Below, piece by piece: positions 49,075-61,722 of a DNA stretch of 64,000 bases (positions are counted from its first letter, which is position 1; each line of letters opens with the position of its first letter). A program made the position numbers and the translations under genes. The notes under the pieces were generated by a model that saw nothing but the letters and a program-made list of their open reading frames with translations, made no database searches and was not told the DNA's origin. Location of the stretch: assembly GCA_020891255.1 (NCBI GenBank), contig BQFW01000002.1, positions 2,046,001 through 2,110,000 on the forward strand. The letters are read 5' to 3'. The stretch comes from Entomortierella parvispora E1425 (taxonomy: Eukaryota; Fungi; Mortierellomycota).

Positions 49075-49648
49075 GAGGGGTGCAGTCGTGGGTGAATGGA
49101 TGAATAGCTGGAATGACGAATGACAGCGCGCCGCCAGTCGTCTGCAGGAAACCCTCCAGGAAGTCAAGGAGAGAGACAGTCACGAAGTGGCCAAAAAAAA
49201 AAAAAAAAAAAAAAGCCACCTTTCGCCCACTTCCACACTTGCAGGCATGGCCCACTCTCTTTCTCTCTTGTCGCCCTCACCTTCCCTCGCACAGACTGGA
49301 CGGAACAGCAATCGACAGGACTGACAGGACCTGGAACTGGGATAAGACACGAGGACATCACTGAACATTCATATGAACGGGATCCGTTGACATTTCTCCT
49401 GGTAATGATTCTTCCAACGAACGCGTCAAGGCGACAAGGAACGGCGCTTGCCTTGCCTGTGTCCATCCAGCCCATCCTACGTTCCTCTTGTCCCTTTGTC
49501 ATTTGCAGTTCATTCAGACTCACCATCTTCATCTTTAACGTGCGTCTTTGTTTTCTTTCTTGCTGATTACAATGACTAGACCGCAATCACAAAAAATCAC
49601 GCGTCATTCATTAGGGCAAGTGAGCATAATCAGCACAACAGGACGACA

Positions 49649-52600
49649 ATGTCGGCACCATCGACTCCTGCAAGGAACAGGCCCGGGTCGTCGATGGTTG
49701 GTCCACGATCCCCTTTGACCTGTCGATCACCATCTGCCCTCAATCAATCTCCAGTGCAGACAGGACCAGGATCGCTCTATCTCAATGAAGGTGTCAAACT
49801 CGTCCTCTCACCCTCTACAGCGTCCTCTGCCGAGATCCTCGCTGGCGATAGCGGTTATCTCCCCCCCTTGGAGCAACTCTTGCAGGGAGAGAGTAAACGC
49901 AAAGAGAGGGAGCTACAAAGGGCGCAGAGCAAATCGCGTCTGGGCAGGATTAATTCGTTAAAGCCAGGCGGATTCAAGCCCTTTTCAGAGCTTTCAGCAT
50001 CCTCAGCATCCTCAGCATCAGAGTCGGCCTTGGCAAGCGCCTCATCATTTTCAACACCATCGTCCGCCTCCCTTTCCTCAAATCCTTCTTCGTCATCCTC
50101 TGCCGATCAGAAAAACTCCTTTGCAGCGTCAGTAAGAGCAACTTTGATGGCAAGTGCGGCATCCTCAACGTTCGCACCAGTGTCACTTCCAAGAGTTCCC
50201 CGACAACCCTCTACACGACAATCTACAAATCAGCAGCATTCCACTCAACAGCCACAAGCTCATAATACCCAGGCATCTATCCGAGCGGCTTTACTAGGCC
50301 AGGTGAATGCACCGAGGGGTCAATTCGCCAGATCCAACATTTCCAACCCATCGAGCCAGAGGACAGGGGCACCAAGTTCTAATCTAGACCTCACCGGAAA
50401 ATCAGCAGTATCTCTCCGAGGTTCAGGACGCGGATTCGCGCGATCCATGACTACGTCTCTGTTTTATCCTCGCCGTTCCGAGACGATCGCTGAAGTGTCC
50501 ACAACTATTCTTGGCAAGAGACCAGTCCCGATTCCAGAGGATGGAGATACTGGCATTGTTCGGAAAATACCTGAAATCGAAGAGGACTCGCCCTTTAATG
50601 CCCCGGAAACGACTCAAGAAAAGAGCATACCAACAGCCAGGAATGTAGACTCTAGGTGTGAAGAAATCGCCGTCCACCCACCAGTTGCCACCAAGCGCTT
50701 ACGTCGGGCCATGACAACTACAGTCATATCTGTAACAGAGGTGGAAAAGGCAGCAGAGGCAGCAAAAGCGGTCTTGCCTTCAGAGCCCGTCAACAAACAA
50801 GGATTAACACTGAAGCAGCAGGGACAGATGTCACTGCTGGATCTTGTCCCAGGCGGGCACGTTGATCATACCCAGCAAGTTGTCAAGCATGACAACAAGA
50901 CGCTCCCTACAGCCGAACCAAAGAGCGAGATTGTCAAGAAGGGAACAAATTCTGATCGATATATCCCCTTACGGCCCGACCCAGAAAGAGCGCGCTATCA
51001 CATGGAATCGAAACATAGCTGGAAAGACTACGCCGATGTCCCTTACATCCCCTCAGACAAGCGGAATCGTGGCGGTTTTCGATCACCTTCCTCTGTCGGA
51101 TTGCCCTCCCACTACAGTCTCCGAGGCTGTAACGATACCAGGATGAAGAAGTCTATCAAACCAAGGAGTCAGCTCACAGATACCATGACCCAAGTCCACA
51201 ACGACATGATCGCAGAAGTGTCCAATGTCGATTTCCGAGGTCGCCTCTTTTACTTCTCAAAAGAACAAGAGGAATCAGAACGCGCGCGGATGCCTCCAAC
51301 GACCCTGAAGCGATACCAATCATATAAGAGGCTTATCTCCACTTCTTCTCGAGCCAAGGAGTTGGATCAACTTCAGTCGTGGAGAAGAGCAATCAGACCC
51401 GAGGCTCAGGAAATTCTGGATGCTCCAAATATTCCAGACGACTTTTATACAAGTCTCTTGGATTGGTCAAATACAGGACGGCTGGCCGTCGCAGTTGGCA
51501 GAGATATCTTTGTGCGGGATCCGTCACGAGTAGTTACATCTTTGATGCGGTGTCCGCTTGGTCCTACAGGAGATGATTATCTGACGGCAGTGAAGTGGTC
51601 TGATTGCGGCGGCAAGATGGCCTATGGAACTGACAAAGGAGACGTCTTAGTTCGAGAGGTCGAAACTGGCATCAACTTGTTGAAGCTGGGCAATCGCAGA
51701 GCTAGAGTCAGCGTCTTGAGTTGGAACAATGATCTCGTCTACCAAGGATTTCGATCTGGAGGACTAAGGTTGCACGATATCAGGATACCATTGGAAAGAA
51801 CTGGCCGAGTCAGAGCTCATGACGGTGTCGTTTGTGGGATGGCTTGGAATCAAGATGGAATTCACCTCGCGACTGGAGGTAATGATAATCTTGTCAAGGT
51901 CTGGGACTCACGTAAGATGACCCATAGTTTGCTTACTCTGAAACAACACGAAGCAGCTATCAAGGTAAAGAGTGCCACTGTGATCTGAGTGAAATGAGAG
52001 GGCAGTACATGAGAAGAGTGAAGACCGTCAAACTCATCATTTCGTTACTAAAACACGATAGGCCCTTGCATGGTGTCCTTATGGCGAGAAAATCTTGGCC
52101 ACAGGTGGCGGTTCACAAGACAGAAAAATCTACTTTTGGGACACATCTTCGGTCCAAAAGGATGGCGAGTGCCAAGTCATTGATGCTCTCGATGCAGAAC
52201 ATGCCGTCACGTCAATTCAGTTCTCAAAGGAATACGAGGAATTTGCTGTCTCCCATGGACCAGAGCTCTCTCTCTATACCTATCCCAAGTTGGCGACACA
52301 GGCAGAGACAAACGGCCCTCATCACAACTTTGCCAACTCGGCTTGGTCTCATCACTTTTCAGGCCCGGGGGCCTCCCAGTCCACAATTGCCTCGACGTCC
52401 ACCTCAACATTTCATGATTTTGAACATCCAAAATTCAAGAGGTTCTTCCACAACAGTGCTGCACACCAGTCGAGGATCCTGCATTCGACCATGAGTCCTG
52501 ACGGTGTTTATGTGGCGACCGTGGCCGCTGATTGTGATTTGAAAATGTGGAGACTCTTTGAACCCAGGACCGATGAGGAAAACAAGAGGCTGGCCGACTT

Positions 52601-52790
52601 GTTGGGCCCTTCTTTCTTGAATCCAGTCACCTCCTCATCAATGTCTTTTCCCTCTTCTGTGTCCAGGAAGAGTCCGAGTAAGAAATCAACCAGAAAGGGA
52701 GAAACAAAGGACGGTGCCGAGGAACGGGATTCAGATGATGAAATCGAAGACTTTGTGACTTTTGACAAGTTGCGAAAACAATTGCGCTAA
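49649..52790 (+). CDS. Cdc20/Cdh1/Ama1-family APC/C activator (WD40) with a long N-terminal extension, 2 exons
   Basis: Model join(49649..51964,52062..52790). The C-box is DRYIPLR. Other motifs are ILDAPNIPDDFYTSLLDWS, HDGVVCGMAW..LATGGNDN, HEAAIKALAWCP..LATGGGSQDRKIYFW and HQSRILH..SPDG. The protein ends ...KQLR*. Confidence 0.9.
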
Positions 52791-52896
52791 TAAAACCTGC
52801 GTGGTTTCTCGGAGACATTCTTTTCACCAATTCCTAAAAGGTCATTCTCAGGGACTTGTACATCGTCTGTGTTGCTCAAGTTTGTTTAATTTTGAT

Positions 52897-55104
52897 TTAC
52901 GCTGCGATAACGGCAGAGGTTTCTGCAGTCCAAATCAATCTAGTTTCCTGAGGCTGTGCCTTGGGCGTGCCACGATCAGGTACTTGCTCCAAAAAGTGTA
53001 ACTGGGGTCGGAATTGCAGTCTCTGGCTGTTCGACCAACGTGTCATCCAATCTGGGATGTAGTTTAAGAACACTTTTCGAACCCATTCAGAGACCCTCCC
53101 CTATTTTTTTTTTTTTTTAAATGCAAAAACACACCACGGAATTGATCGAGAGAGTGAGTGAGAAAGATCGGAGACAGCGTGGGCGTAAATGATAACTCGA
53201 TAATGGTAATCTTCTTACCCTTCCAGACATAACCTTGCCAAATCCGCGGGCACTTCCCAGGGCAGCCTGGGCAATTTTGGAGCGCTTTTCGTAATAATGT
53301 TCAAAGATTTTGGCCACCTGTGCTTGTGTAGGCGCGCCAGGTAGGTCCGCCAAGAGATTACAGAGGTGGACACCATCCAAGATGGCCAAGTTAGCTCCCA
53401 GTCCGGCACTTGGAACAACCTAGTGAGGTTTTGTGAGTTTTTTTCGAGTCAGCTGAGCAGATAGTTTTATCCGCAAAGGAGTCCACGAGCCACATCCTTT
53501 TTTCATCTGTTGCATTCGCGGTGTACCTTATGACAAGCTTAAGAGTTTTTTTCCCCCCGCGTGGATTATTTCCAGAGATAAAGAACAAGTCAGTCCCCAG
53601 CATGTCAATTCCTCTTTCTTCATTCTCTCATGATTACAATTCAATTACTTACCATCACCCAAGAGAACAACACGCCCGTTGTACCAAGTCTCAAAGTACT
53701 TTTCCTCCAACATGATTCTGGAGATTAGCTCCTTGGGGGTCTGATCAATAATATCCCCCAATGTCATTCCTTCAAAGACCGACCGTTGGTGGCGGACGAA
53801 ATTCGACATCTCCTCCGAGGCATCCGAACCAGAACCCCATTCCGAGTACCTGGCCTCCCCGGACTTGGCCTCTGCCTTTTCAACATTGTGGATCACAGCC
53901 CAGGAAACGCGATTTCCAGGCAGAGGCATATAAATGGCCTATTGGACAGTAAAAAGAATGAAAAAAACATGGCATGCTCTGGGCTCAGTTCCTTGTGTCC
54001 ACTTTTTTGTTTTTTGTGTCATAAGAAATGAAAAAAAAAAAAAAAACCCCCCTTACGTAGAAAGGGTCGGACTTCGGGATCACAATCTCGAAATCGCAGG
54101 TTTCCCTGCGAAGCATCTCGTGCTTTGAGGGATCCAATGGTTTGCTGACTCCAACTAGTGAGATGCCAAAGTATAAAAACCTATTATTAAGGACTCCTCA
54201 CCACCAATCTAATCCCCCTTTTTTTTCTTACCAAGGCAGTGTTGGTCGTAGCTCAGAGGTAAGGCATCGTTGGGAGGAAGTCTTCCTTGTTCAGCTAGAT
54301 CTTTGTACATATTCTTGCGAACTGCGCTGTAGGCACCATCTGCTCCAATGACGATGCTGCTCGTGTAGGAACTGTGAATGTAAAAAGTGGGTCAACAAAA
54401 GATACCAAAGAAAGTTAAGGACAGCATGACCTTTTTGTTTGCTCGGCACGGACATCCCCTCGCCCCCGAAATCAAGTAAACATTTGCCTCTCGTTTCCCT
54501 TTCAAACGGTACCTTCCATCGGCGCAATGAACGGTAGCACTGTGCTCATCCTGTTCAATGGTGGCGACCTTCCTGCCATAGTGGATCTTGTCTTTGGGTA
54601 GCTTTTTCAACAGGATAGAGTAAAAGGTAGGTCGGTCAAGGATAACAGCCGGGTAACCTCCGCTATATGGTATTTGCAAGGGACCGTTGACATCCCGTTA
54701 GCCGCCGTGCAAACAATATGTGATCAAAACAAAAAGAAGCGACGAGCAGCCCTTCCCACGCCCGTCGAATGAAGCTTTCAGTCAGACACCTACATCTCAG
54801 TCTGGCACTCAAAGTCCACTAGCCCAATGGATTGGATCTGCTCGTTATAAAAGTTGAAGTGCCGTACAGGCTTGGATGCTACCTTAAAATCCTCCAGAAG
54901 GCCAAGCTGCTCCATCACTGGGAGAGAGCTAGCATCGAGACCCAAGGAGGACCCTAGAGCCTTGACTGATGTTGACTTTTCGAGGATCAGGTATTCTATG
55001 TTGGCTCGCTCAAACATATTGGCAAGAGCCAATCCGCCGATGCCGCCTCCCACAATCGTCACTGTCAGCTTGCTGGCGCTGGAGCCATTGTCAGTAGAGG
55101 TCAT
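52897..55104 (-). CDS. FAD-dependent monooxygenase (FAD_binding_3, salicylate hydroxylase-like), 8 exons
   Basis: Rossmann motif IVGGGIGGL, DG motif VIGADGAYSAVR and GD motif VLLGDACHKVVPSAGLGAN, which is assembled through an 11-nt exon. The C-terminus reads RPQLHFLEQVPDRG. Confidence 0.9.
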
Positions 55105-55490
55105 GGACTGATGTTGTGTGTTGTGTGTTTTGTGTTGTGTGTGTGTGTGTAAAGTCGGGGCACGATATTGTTTAGAAAGGACAGGGACGACGAAGACAAT
55201 GAGCAATGGCGCGTGTCAATGGAGCGTGTTTTTTGTCAGAAAGGAATGAAGGAATGGGAAAGAAAGGAATGAGCTCTTGACAGACAAGCTGGTCCCTTCA
55301 TACAAACAGAACTCAGGCACAAAGGTAGCCCAACGACGGAGAGCAATTCATAATAGATGAGAGCCACGAGGGCTGTATGCGATCGGTGGACGGGATCAAA
55401 AATTTTGGCCATGGAAAAATGCCTTCCTAAAACTGGTTTATCTTCATACTTCATTTTTTTTCAGCTTTCTTGAAAACGTTACGTTGCCTA

Positions 55491-57806
55491 TTATATCCGC
55501 TCATCGCCAGGCTTGAGGCTGTACCTGGTTCCGACAGGGGAAATGTAGCGGCTGTTGAAGATACGCTCCAGCATCCTTTCGCGCGTATAGTATCGAACTA
55601 ACGTTGTTCTATCGTCCGCCGCCTGAACTGTTGCGCGCACCTGAGCAATGGACATTGTTCGACCAGGGTCCAGGAAGGCACAGATGTTCTCAAAGATCTC
55701 ATAGGGCATGTTGCCCAGGTTCGCCAAGATCTTGTGTGGATTGTATTCTATCGCACCAGGGACGACCGTAGAAGCAGCTGATAGGGTGTGCTGATGATGC
55801 AGCGTATTGCGTGGCTGGTAATGAGACGAGTGAAGAGGATGAGTGGAGTGCTGAAGCTCAACTAGAGTTGTTGCCGAGTTTTGCACTGCATGTCGGGAAG
55901 CACTGCCATGACTATTGTTGGCCGTGTTGCTACTCTCGCCAGCGTTTGATCCAACTCCATTTCCAGACAAAAGACTCGAGTTGGACGGCTGACGAGTTGC
56001 GCCGCGTTGGCCGATCAAAGCTGAACCTACTGGGGCCAGGATTTGCCGAGAGTGACTGTTGCCATGGCAGAAATTGGCTCCAATTTGATCTTCTGGGGCT
56101 CCACCACCATCCGCAGCATTGGACGAGTGAGACTGTCCATTGTTGCTCTTTCCCAACGACCAAAGCGACGCGATCGAGTTGGAAGAATTAGACCTGCCAA
56201 GCTTGACTCGTCGAAAAATGTTCCATCCGTGATGTTGGTTGTGATGCTGAATATGATGTTCCTGTTGAGACTGGAGCTGCTTCTGGTTTGCAGGTCTGCC
56301 CAACAAGACGATTCTTGAGAGGATCAAGATTCGGCATGCCGCCGCGTAGATGGCCTGCTGCCAGATGTGATTCCTCGTCAACGAATTCTGGAACGAGTCA
56401 TACAACTGTTGGCGATCTTCAGAGTTGTAGTCGAGTTGGATCCCCTTCAAGGATCGGTTTTTAATCAGACTCGAAGCCAAAGCCCAATAACCGTCAACAC
56501 CGATTTCTGGATTGTTGGTGAGACCGAGATTCTGAAGACCCGTCGCAGAGGAGAGGACCTTGGCAAGAGATAGAGCTGCGTCAGTGGAGAGGCCACAGTT
56601 GGTGAAGAGAACACTTTCCAGTGTGGTGTTCATGACCATTCCTGGAGTCAGCTCCTGAATGGCTTCGGACGCAAAGACATTGAACGACAAATTAATCTCA
56701 CGGAGACTCGTGTTCACTTTCAAAACATCTCCGAGAGCCTTCAAGCCCACGACGCTCTGCCCTTGGCCGATATGGTTGAGCTCCAGGTCGAGGCTGATCA
56801 GGTACCTATTCCGCTTGAGACTCTCGCAAATATCAGCCATGCCGCGATCACCAATGTTGTTGTGGGGCAGATACAGGTGGGTGAGATGTCTGTTGGATAT
56901 CAGCGCCGCAGCAATGGCGGCCGCACCCTTGTAACCCATCTCGTTCATGTCCAAACTAAGTGAGTTGAGAGTTCGATTGAACCGCACCGCTTCCGCCACA
57001 TGAGCAATACCGTCTGCGCCAAGACTGTTGGAACCGATGTTCAGATGTCGAATGACCCTATTCTTGCTTAGGATCTTGGCTAGATGGGGTGCTCCTGCTT
57101 TCTTGATGTTGTTGGACTGGAGACAGAGTCTAGTCACTGCCCTGTTCAAAACGATGGCCTCCGCCAAATACTCGACACCCTGGGCCGTGATGTGATTACT
57201 GGAGAGATCCAGCACCTTCAAAGTCTCGTTCTTGGCAATCACTCGAGCCAAGTACTTGACCGTTTTGTCGTTGACGCCTGATCGAGCCAGGCTTAAAGTC
57301 GAGATGGTCTTGTTAAACTTCCATGCTTCGAACATCAGCTTGGAGGCCTGTTGACTGATCGTGTTGCCCTCCATCCGCAGAGATTTGATGTTGGCCGCAT
57401 CGGAGGATTTGATTAACTTGGCCAGGATCTTGGCATCTGCAGCCGAGACGGAGGCTGCTGTAATGTTCAGGGCCTCGATGACTTTGGAGTTCTTGCCCAT
57501 CATGTCCTTGATCAGCGCATCCAGGTCCATGTCTGACAACATGACAAAATTACCGCGCTGGATCGCACTGATAATTGGCGCCAGCGGGATCGGGGCTGCA
57601 GAACTGGATCGGGACCGGCTAGTGGCGCGGGATTTTGAGGAAGATCGAGAGGCGGAGCCTTCGAAGCCGCCAATGCTGCTGCTGTTAGAGGATGTGCGGG
57701 TGAGTGTAAGAGTTGGGAAGGAAAAGACGTTGGTGGTGGCCTTTCTCATGGTTGCGCCATGGCTTGGAGGGGCTGGTAGGGACTGATTCCTGCCGAGTCG
57801 GACCAT
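55491..57806 (-). CDS. Ribonuclease-inhibitor-type leucine-rich repeat protein (about 13 repeats of 28 aa) with a C-terminal F-box-like motif
   Basis: Intronless 771-aa ORF. The repeats follow NxxLxxLxLxxNxIxxxGxxxLAxxL, for example KNETLKVLDLSSNHITAQGVEYLAEAIV. Confidence 0.88.
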   Translation of the reverse strand: MVRLGRNQSLPAPPSHGATMRKATTNVFSFPTLTLTRTSSNSSSIGGFEGSASRSSSKSRATSRSRSSSAAPIPLAPIISAIQRGNFVMLSDMDLDALIKDMMGKNSKVIEALNITAASVSAADAKILAKLIKSSDAANIKSLRMEGNTISQQASKLMFEAWKFNKTISTLSLARSGVNDKTVKYLARVIAKNETLKVLDLSSNHITAQGVEYLAEAIVLNRAVTRLCLQSNNIKKAGAPHLAKILSKNRVIRHLNIGSNSLGADGIAHVAEAVRFNRTLNSLSLDMNEMGYKGAAAIAAALISNRHLTHLYLPHNNIGDRGMADICESLKRNRYLISLDLELNHIGQGQSVVGLKALGDVLKVNTSLREINLSFNVFASEAIQELTPGMVMNTTLESVLFTNCGLSTDAALSLAKVLSSATGLQNLGLTNNPEIGVDGYWALASSLIKNRSLKGIQLDYNSEDRQQLYDSFQNSLTRNHIWQQAIYAAACRILILSRIVLLGRPANQKQLQSQQEHHIQHHNQHHGWNIFRRVKLGRSNSSNSIASLWSLGKSNNGQSHSSNAADGGGAPEDQIGANFCHGNSHSRQILAPVGSALIGQRGATRQPSNSSLLSGNGVGSNAGESSNTANNSHGSASRHAVQNSATTLVELQHSTHPLHSSHYQPRNTLHHQHTLSAASTVVPGAIEYNPHKILANLGNMPYEIFENICAFLDPGRTMSIAQVRATVQAADDRTTLVRYYTRERMLERIFNSRYISPVGTRYSLKPGDERI

Positions 57807-60414
57807 GGTTGTGTTTGAGTGAGGAGAAGAGTAGAAGAGGATGCTGTGCGGGAAAATAATATTAAAAAAAAAAACGCAAGATGGTCAGTAAGAGAGTCCC
57901 AATTGCGCGCGACAGGACGCGTGTTTTGGATATAAAAAGAACGAGGGGCATGTATCTCCTTGTCTCGTCTCCTTTTTTGATGAACGGACAGGTGAAGAGC
58001 GACAAGGACAAGGAGAGCGAGCACAGAGGAGTCTAGTCGAGAGTCGTCGAGCATGCATGCTTACCTTTGACTGGTGGATGTGGGTTGGCCTCTGGCGCTT
58101 GGGGTGTTTCAGTAAAGGGGAGCTGGCGAGAGAAGCAAAAGTGGAAAGGGTGAGCGACAAACTAGATCGAGTGCATGCATGTGACGATGGAGCAGTCGAA
58201 TGGGGAAAGTGACGAAAGGAAGGAAGCAATGACTGCATGAGGCCATGGTGTGGTTTTTGTTCTTGCCCGCACTTGCTCTGCTTTCGTCCCCAAAGTAGGA
58301 AGCAACGACGAGAAAAGAGGCGGCAACGGATGAACAGACAAACACCGACACAGACCGCAGGCCACATGATGGGGACAAGGACGGATGGTGGACACAACAA
58401 AACAACAGGAACAGGAATAACAGCAGGGATGGAAGGAGGTTGGGTGAGTGGATCGTTCATTTTTGTCCTGCAACAAATAGAGAGGATGCAGCACCAAAAG
58501 GGAAGAATGTGGGGAAACAAGGACAAGGGACTGGGCGCACAACCAGCCGGGGCTCTGTTGACACGGCACTTTCCAATTGCCTGTTCTTTCATGTGCAAGG
58601 GACGTCTTCGCCACCGTCTGTCGTTGCTTGCTTCAACTAGACTCTATATTCTCACTTTTATCCACAGAGTCAATTCCGCAAACCAAATTTAGGGCTTTGC
58701 CACCCTCGTTGTTCAAGGATTGGTGCACAGAGACAGGGCTTGCACCGCCACCCTTTAATCCCTTGCCAAGAACAACGTTCGCTGCATTGGGATGACCTGA
58801 AGTGCGGTGAGGACAAACCAGAATCTTTCAGCAGTACAAGAAAGACGCGCCAAGCCAGGGATGGATCACATATTGACCGAAGAGAGAAAGAAAGCATCCT
58901 CGGTAAAGGACCAGATGACAGGATAGAAAAGACAGGAAAGGGGGGGGGGGGGTGCATGTCGTACAATCCTGTCCACGCTGCTATCGAGTCATATTTGGTT
59001 AAGCCTCGATCGAAGAAAGGAAAGAGCGAGGAAGGAGAGAAGGTAGGGGTTCTGTTGGCAGCGGCTCTTGGGCGTAGCACCCTGGTCTTGCAAAAGGGAT
59101 GGATTCGATGGTGAATGCGGACGTGCACAAAAACTCTGCTCCTTATGCTAAAAGTGAGGGATTTTTTTTAAACTTCAAAGACCTTTACCGAGGATGGTGA
59201 GGACAGAAAGAAACGAGAGAAGAACGGGAAGGACAGAAGGGCAATAGGACTTCCAAAAGCTATGCACAAAGTGTACTGTACATGTCCAGTGCAGTCGTCA
59301 TTGCGCTTGTGCGGAGATGGAGAAAGAAAGAAGAGTGACAGAGAGCCAAAGAAGGGGTTTGCGGAAGGAAAGCGTGTTCGAACGTTGCAAGCACAACAAT
59401 GAGGAAGATCAAAAGTCGACGACAGAATGGCGCTGCGCCTCGCCCCCGGTGTGACGACGGCCAGGATGGAATATGGAAAAACGGACTTACGGAGTGCAGG
59501 TGTCGATGCAGATGGTTCAAAAGAGAGATTGCCCGGGGCAAAAGAATCCAAAGGTTATGACAGGATGGTTTGTTTGGTTTGTTTAGAAAAAGAGAAAGAG
59601 AAAGAAAGACCATGGACAGCTCTTCCCTACTCCGTGTCGGATGGGGCGACTTTTATACCTTTCTGTTTCGCTGGCAGGTGCTGGGGTTTGTTTTATTTTT
59701 GTCCTCTATTTTTTTTTCTTTGTGCGCCCATCCGATGTGCGTGCATCCTCTTTCGAAAACATTGGACCCATCGGGTCCTCAATCCAAAAGAGAAAGGAAA
59801 AAAGAACAAAGACGAGGTACCCTTTGTGTGCTTGGAGTGCATGCATGGTGGCCTCCCTTCCTCCCCCCCTTCATCAGCATTGACCGTTCAAGAGCGGCCC
59901 ACTCCTGACCACCTGATCGCCTTACATTGGTCCTTCACTCAACCAGCCACTGTGCCCATCCCTTTGTCACTTTCCTGGCTGTTCATTCTTGATTTAAGAA
60001 GTGAGTGAGGCGTAAACTTAACAGCCCACTTATGAACTTGTCTAAATAGGAAGAAAACATACATTGAGAGTGCTGCCAGAATACAGCCTCTATTTTGGCA
60101 AGGCAATGAACCCGGGAGCAGAACGCCACGATCAATTGCAGGAGTCGGGAGACCGGAGGAAAGACCGGAGATGTCCAGCGGATGGTGGTCACGATGTGGG
60201 GGGGGGGGTAAGGAGAAGACAAGGGGGTACGGAACTTACCCCAAGGAACAAATTTAGGATGGCGGGACCTTTCCTCAATGCTCCATGACCATCCACGCCG
60301 AGTTCGCTCCTGGACCACGTTTTGAGCCATTTCATCTTTGCATCTTTGGGGACGTCCACTATGCCAACTTTGCCCTGGACCATGCATGCAGGCGACCATG
60401 GCGCGCTTAATCTC

Positions 60415-60460
60415 TTTGTGTGTGTGTGTATGTGTGTATGTGTGTATGTGTGTATGTGTT
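60415..60460. repeat. (GT)n / (GTGTAT)n microsatellite
   Basis: The sequence reads tgtgtgtgtgtgtatgtgtgtatgtgtgtatgtgtgtatgtgt. Confidence 0.9.
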
Positions 60461-61722
60461 CGAGTCTGTGTGAGTGTTCGAGTGTGCGAGTGCTGGTGTG
60501 GTTTTCTTTTCATTTTTCCCTCCTGATTTTCTTTTTTGTAATGAGCCATGTCCAGTCCAGGGCATAGAGCCATCTCCATAGTCAATTCAGGAGAGACCTG
60601 TACCTTCCAAAAATTGCAATCCACTCTCGTCCAATTTACCGAAGTTTTACTTTCACCTGCAAATAGGATTTTCTTACCAGGTAAACCAAGAATTAAAATT
60701 GACCGCAGCAGCATGTGTCAATTGTCACGAACAGTGGACTGACGAAAAGTCGATGGGTTGTCCACCGTTGGCACAATAGAAGGGAGGTGGAGAAGGTGAA
60801 TAATTGCGCTTGTGGTCCATTGGGGAAGTGGTCTACTGGGAAGAGCCTCATAGATCCGGTGACAAGAGACAGGGTCAGTTCAAGGAGCATGGAAGGCCAG
60901 GAACGATTCCACGAACAATACACTGCGAAATTCAAGGTGACCTCAGGGCAGGGGCAGTAGACGCTCTCTAACATGACTCTTACAAGACAAGGATCCCATC
61001 CCCTAGCAATTGTCCCTCTGTCCCCCATCCCATTGCCAGGAATTCGTAGAAGATTCCAATCGTGGATTTGGCTGAGTCGATTGTAAGCTGCCAACTACAT
61101 GCTTTAGCCATGGTCCTGGCGTTCATATTTCAGGGTGGATAGTAGAGATAGTAGACAAATATTGAGGTCTACTTCCCGTGGCGAAGAGAGATGTTTAACT
61201 GCTAAAATAGGAAGAGACGTGTCCAATGCATCTTACAACGCCTCCACGACAACAGCCTTCGAACTTCTTGGTATTTGCACATGAATTCCGCGGAGAAGGG
61301 GATATTTTTTTGTCCACATGCCCCTAGTTTTGATATCGATGGCTAGGTGCTCGGCAGACTTCACAGCCAAAATGCGGCGCTGCGGGAACGGCGCGACGAG
61401 GGCGCTATTTTTTATGATGGCTGGAAGCTCTGAGCTCAGCCCCCTTCCATGCACCCACAGGATTCACGCAGATAATTGGGATGTCAGTCTTGCGTTGGTA
61501 TTGGTGGCGTGTCAAAGTTACGACCAAGCTATTGTAATCAGGTTCTCCAAAGGCGATTAGACACAACCATGGCGGATACGATGAGGTGGCGAGTTGTCAA
61601 AGAGTAGGTATTGAATGCGTTTTATTATTAGTGTTGAGGCAGCTTGCACTTCAGCCTCATATACAAATGGGGATATATAGAACAAAAAAAGTAGACTTTT
61701 TTGCGTCTTGTGCTGGCTAATT

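Noticed and set aside
58000-61600. Several 100-243 aa ORFs in the gap between the LRR gene and CNT2
   Set aside because: They derive from low-complexity purine/pyrimidine tracts and microsatellites and show no protein-like signal.
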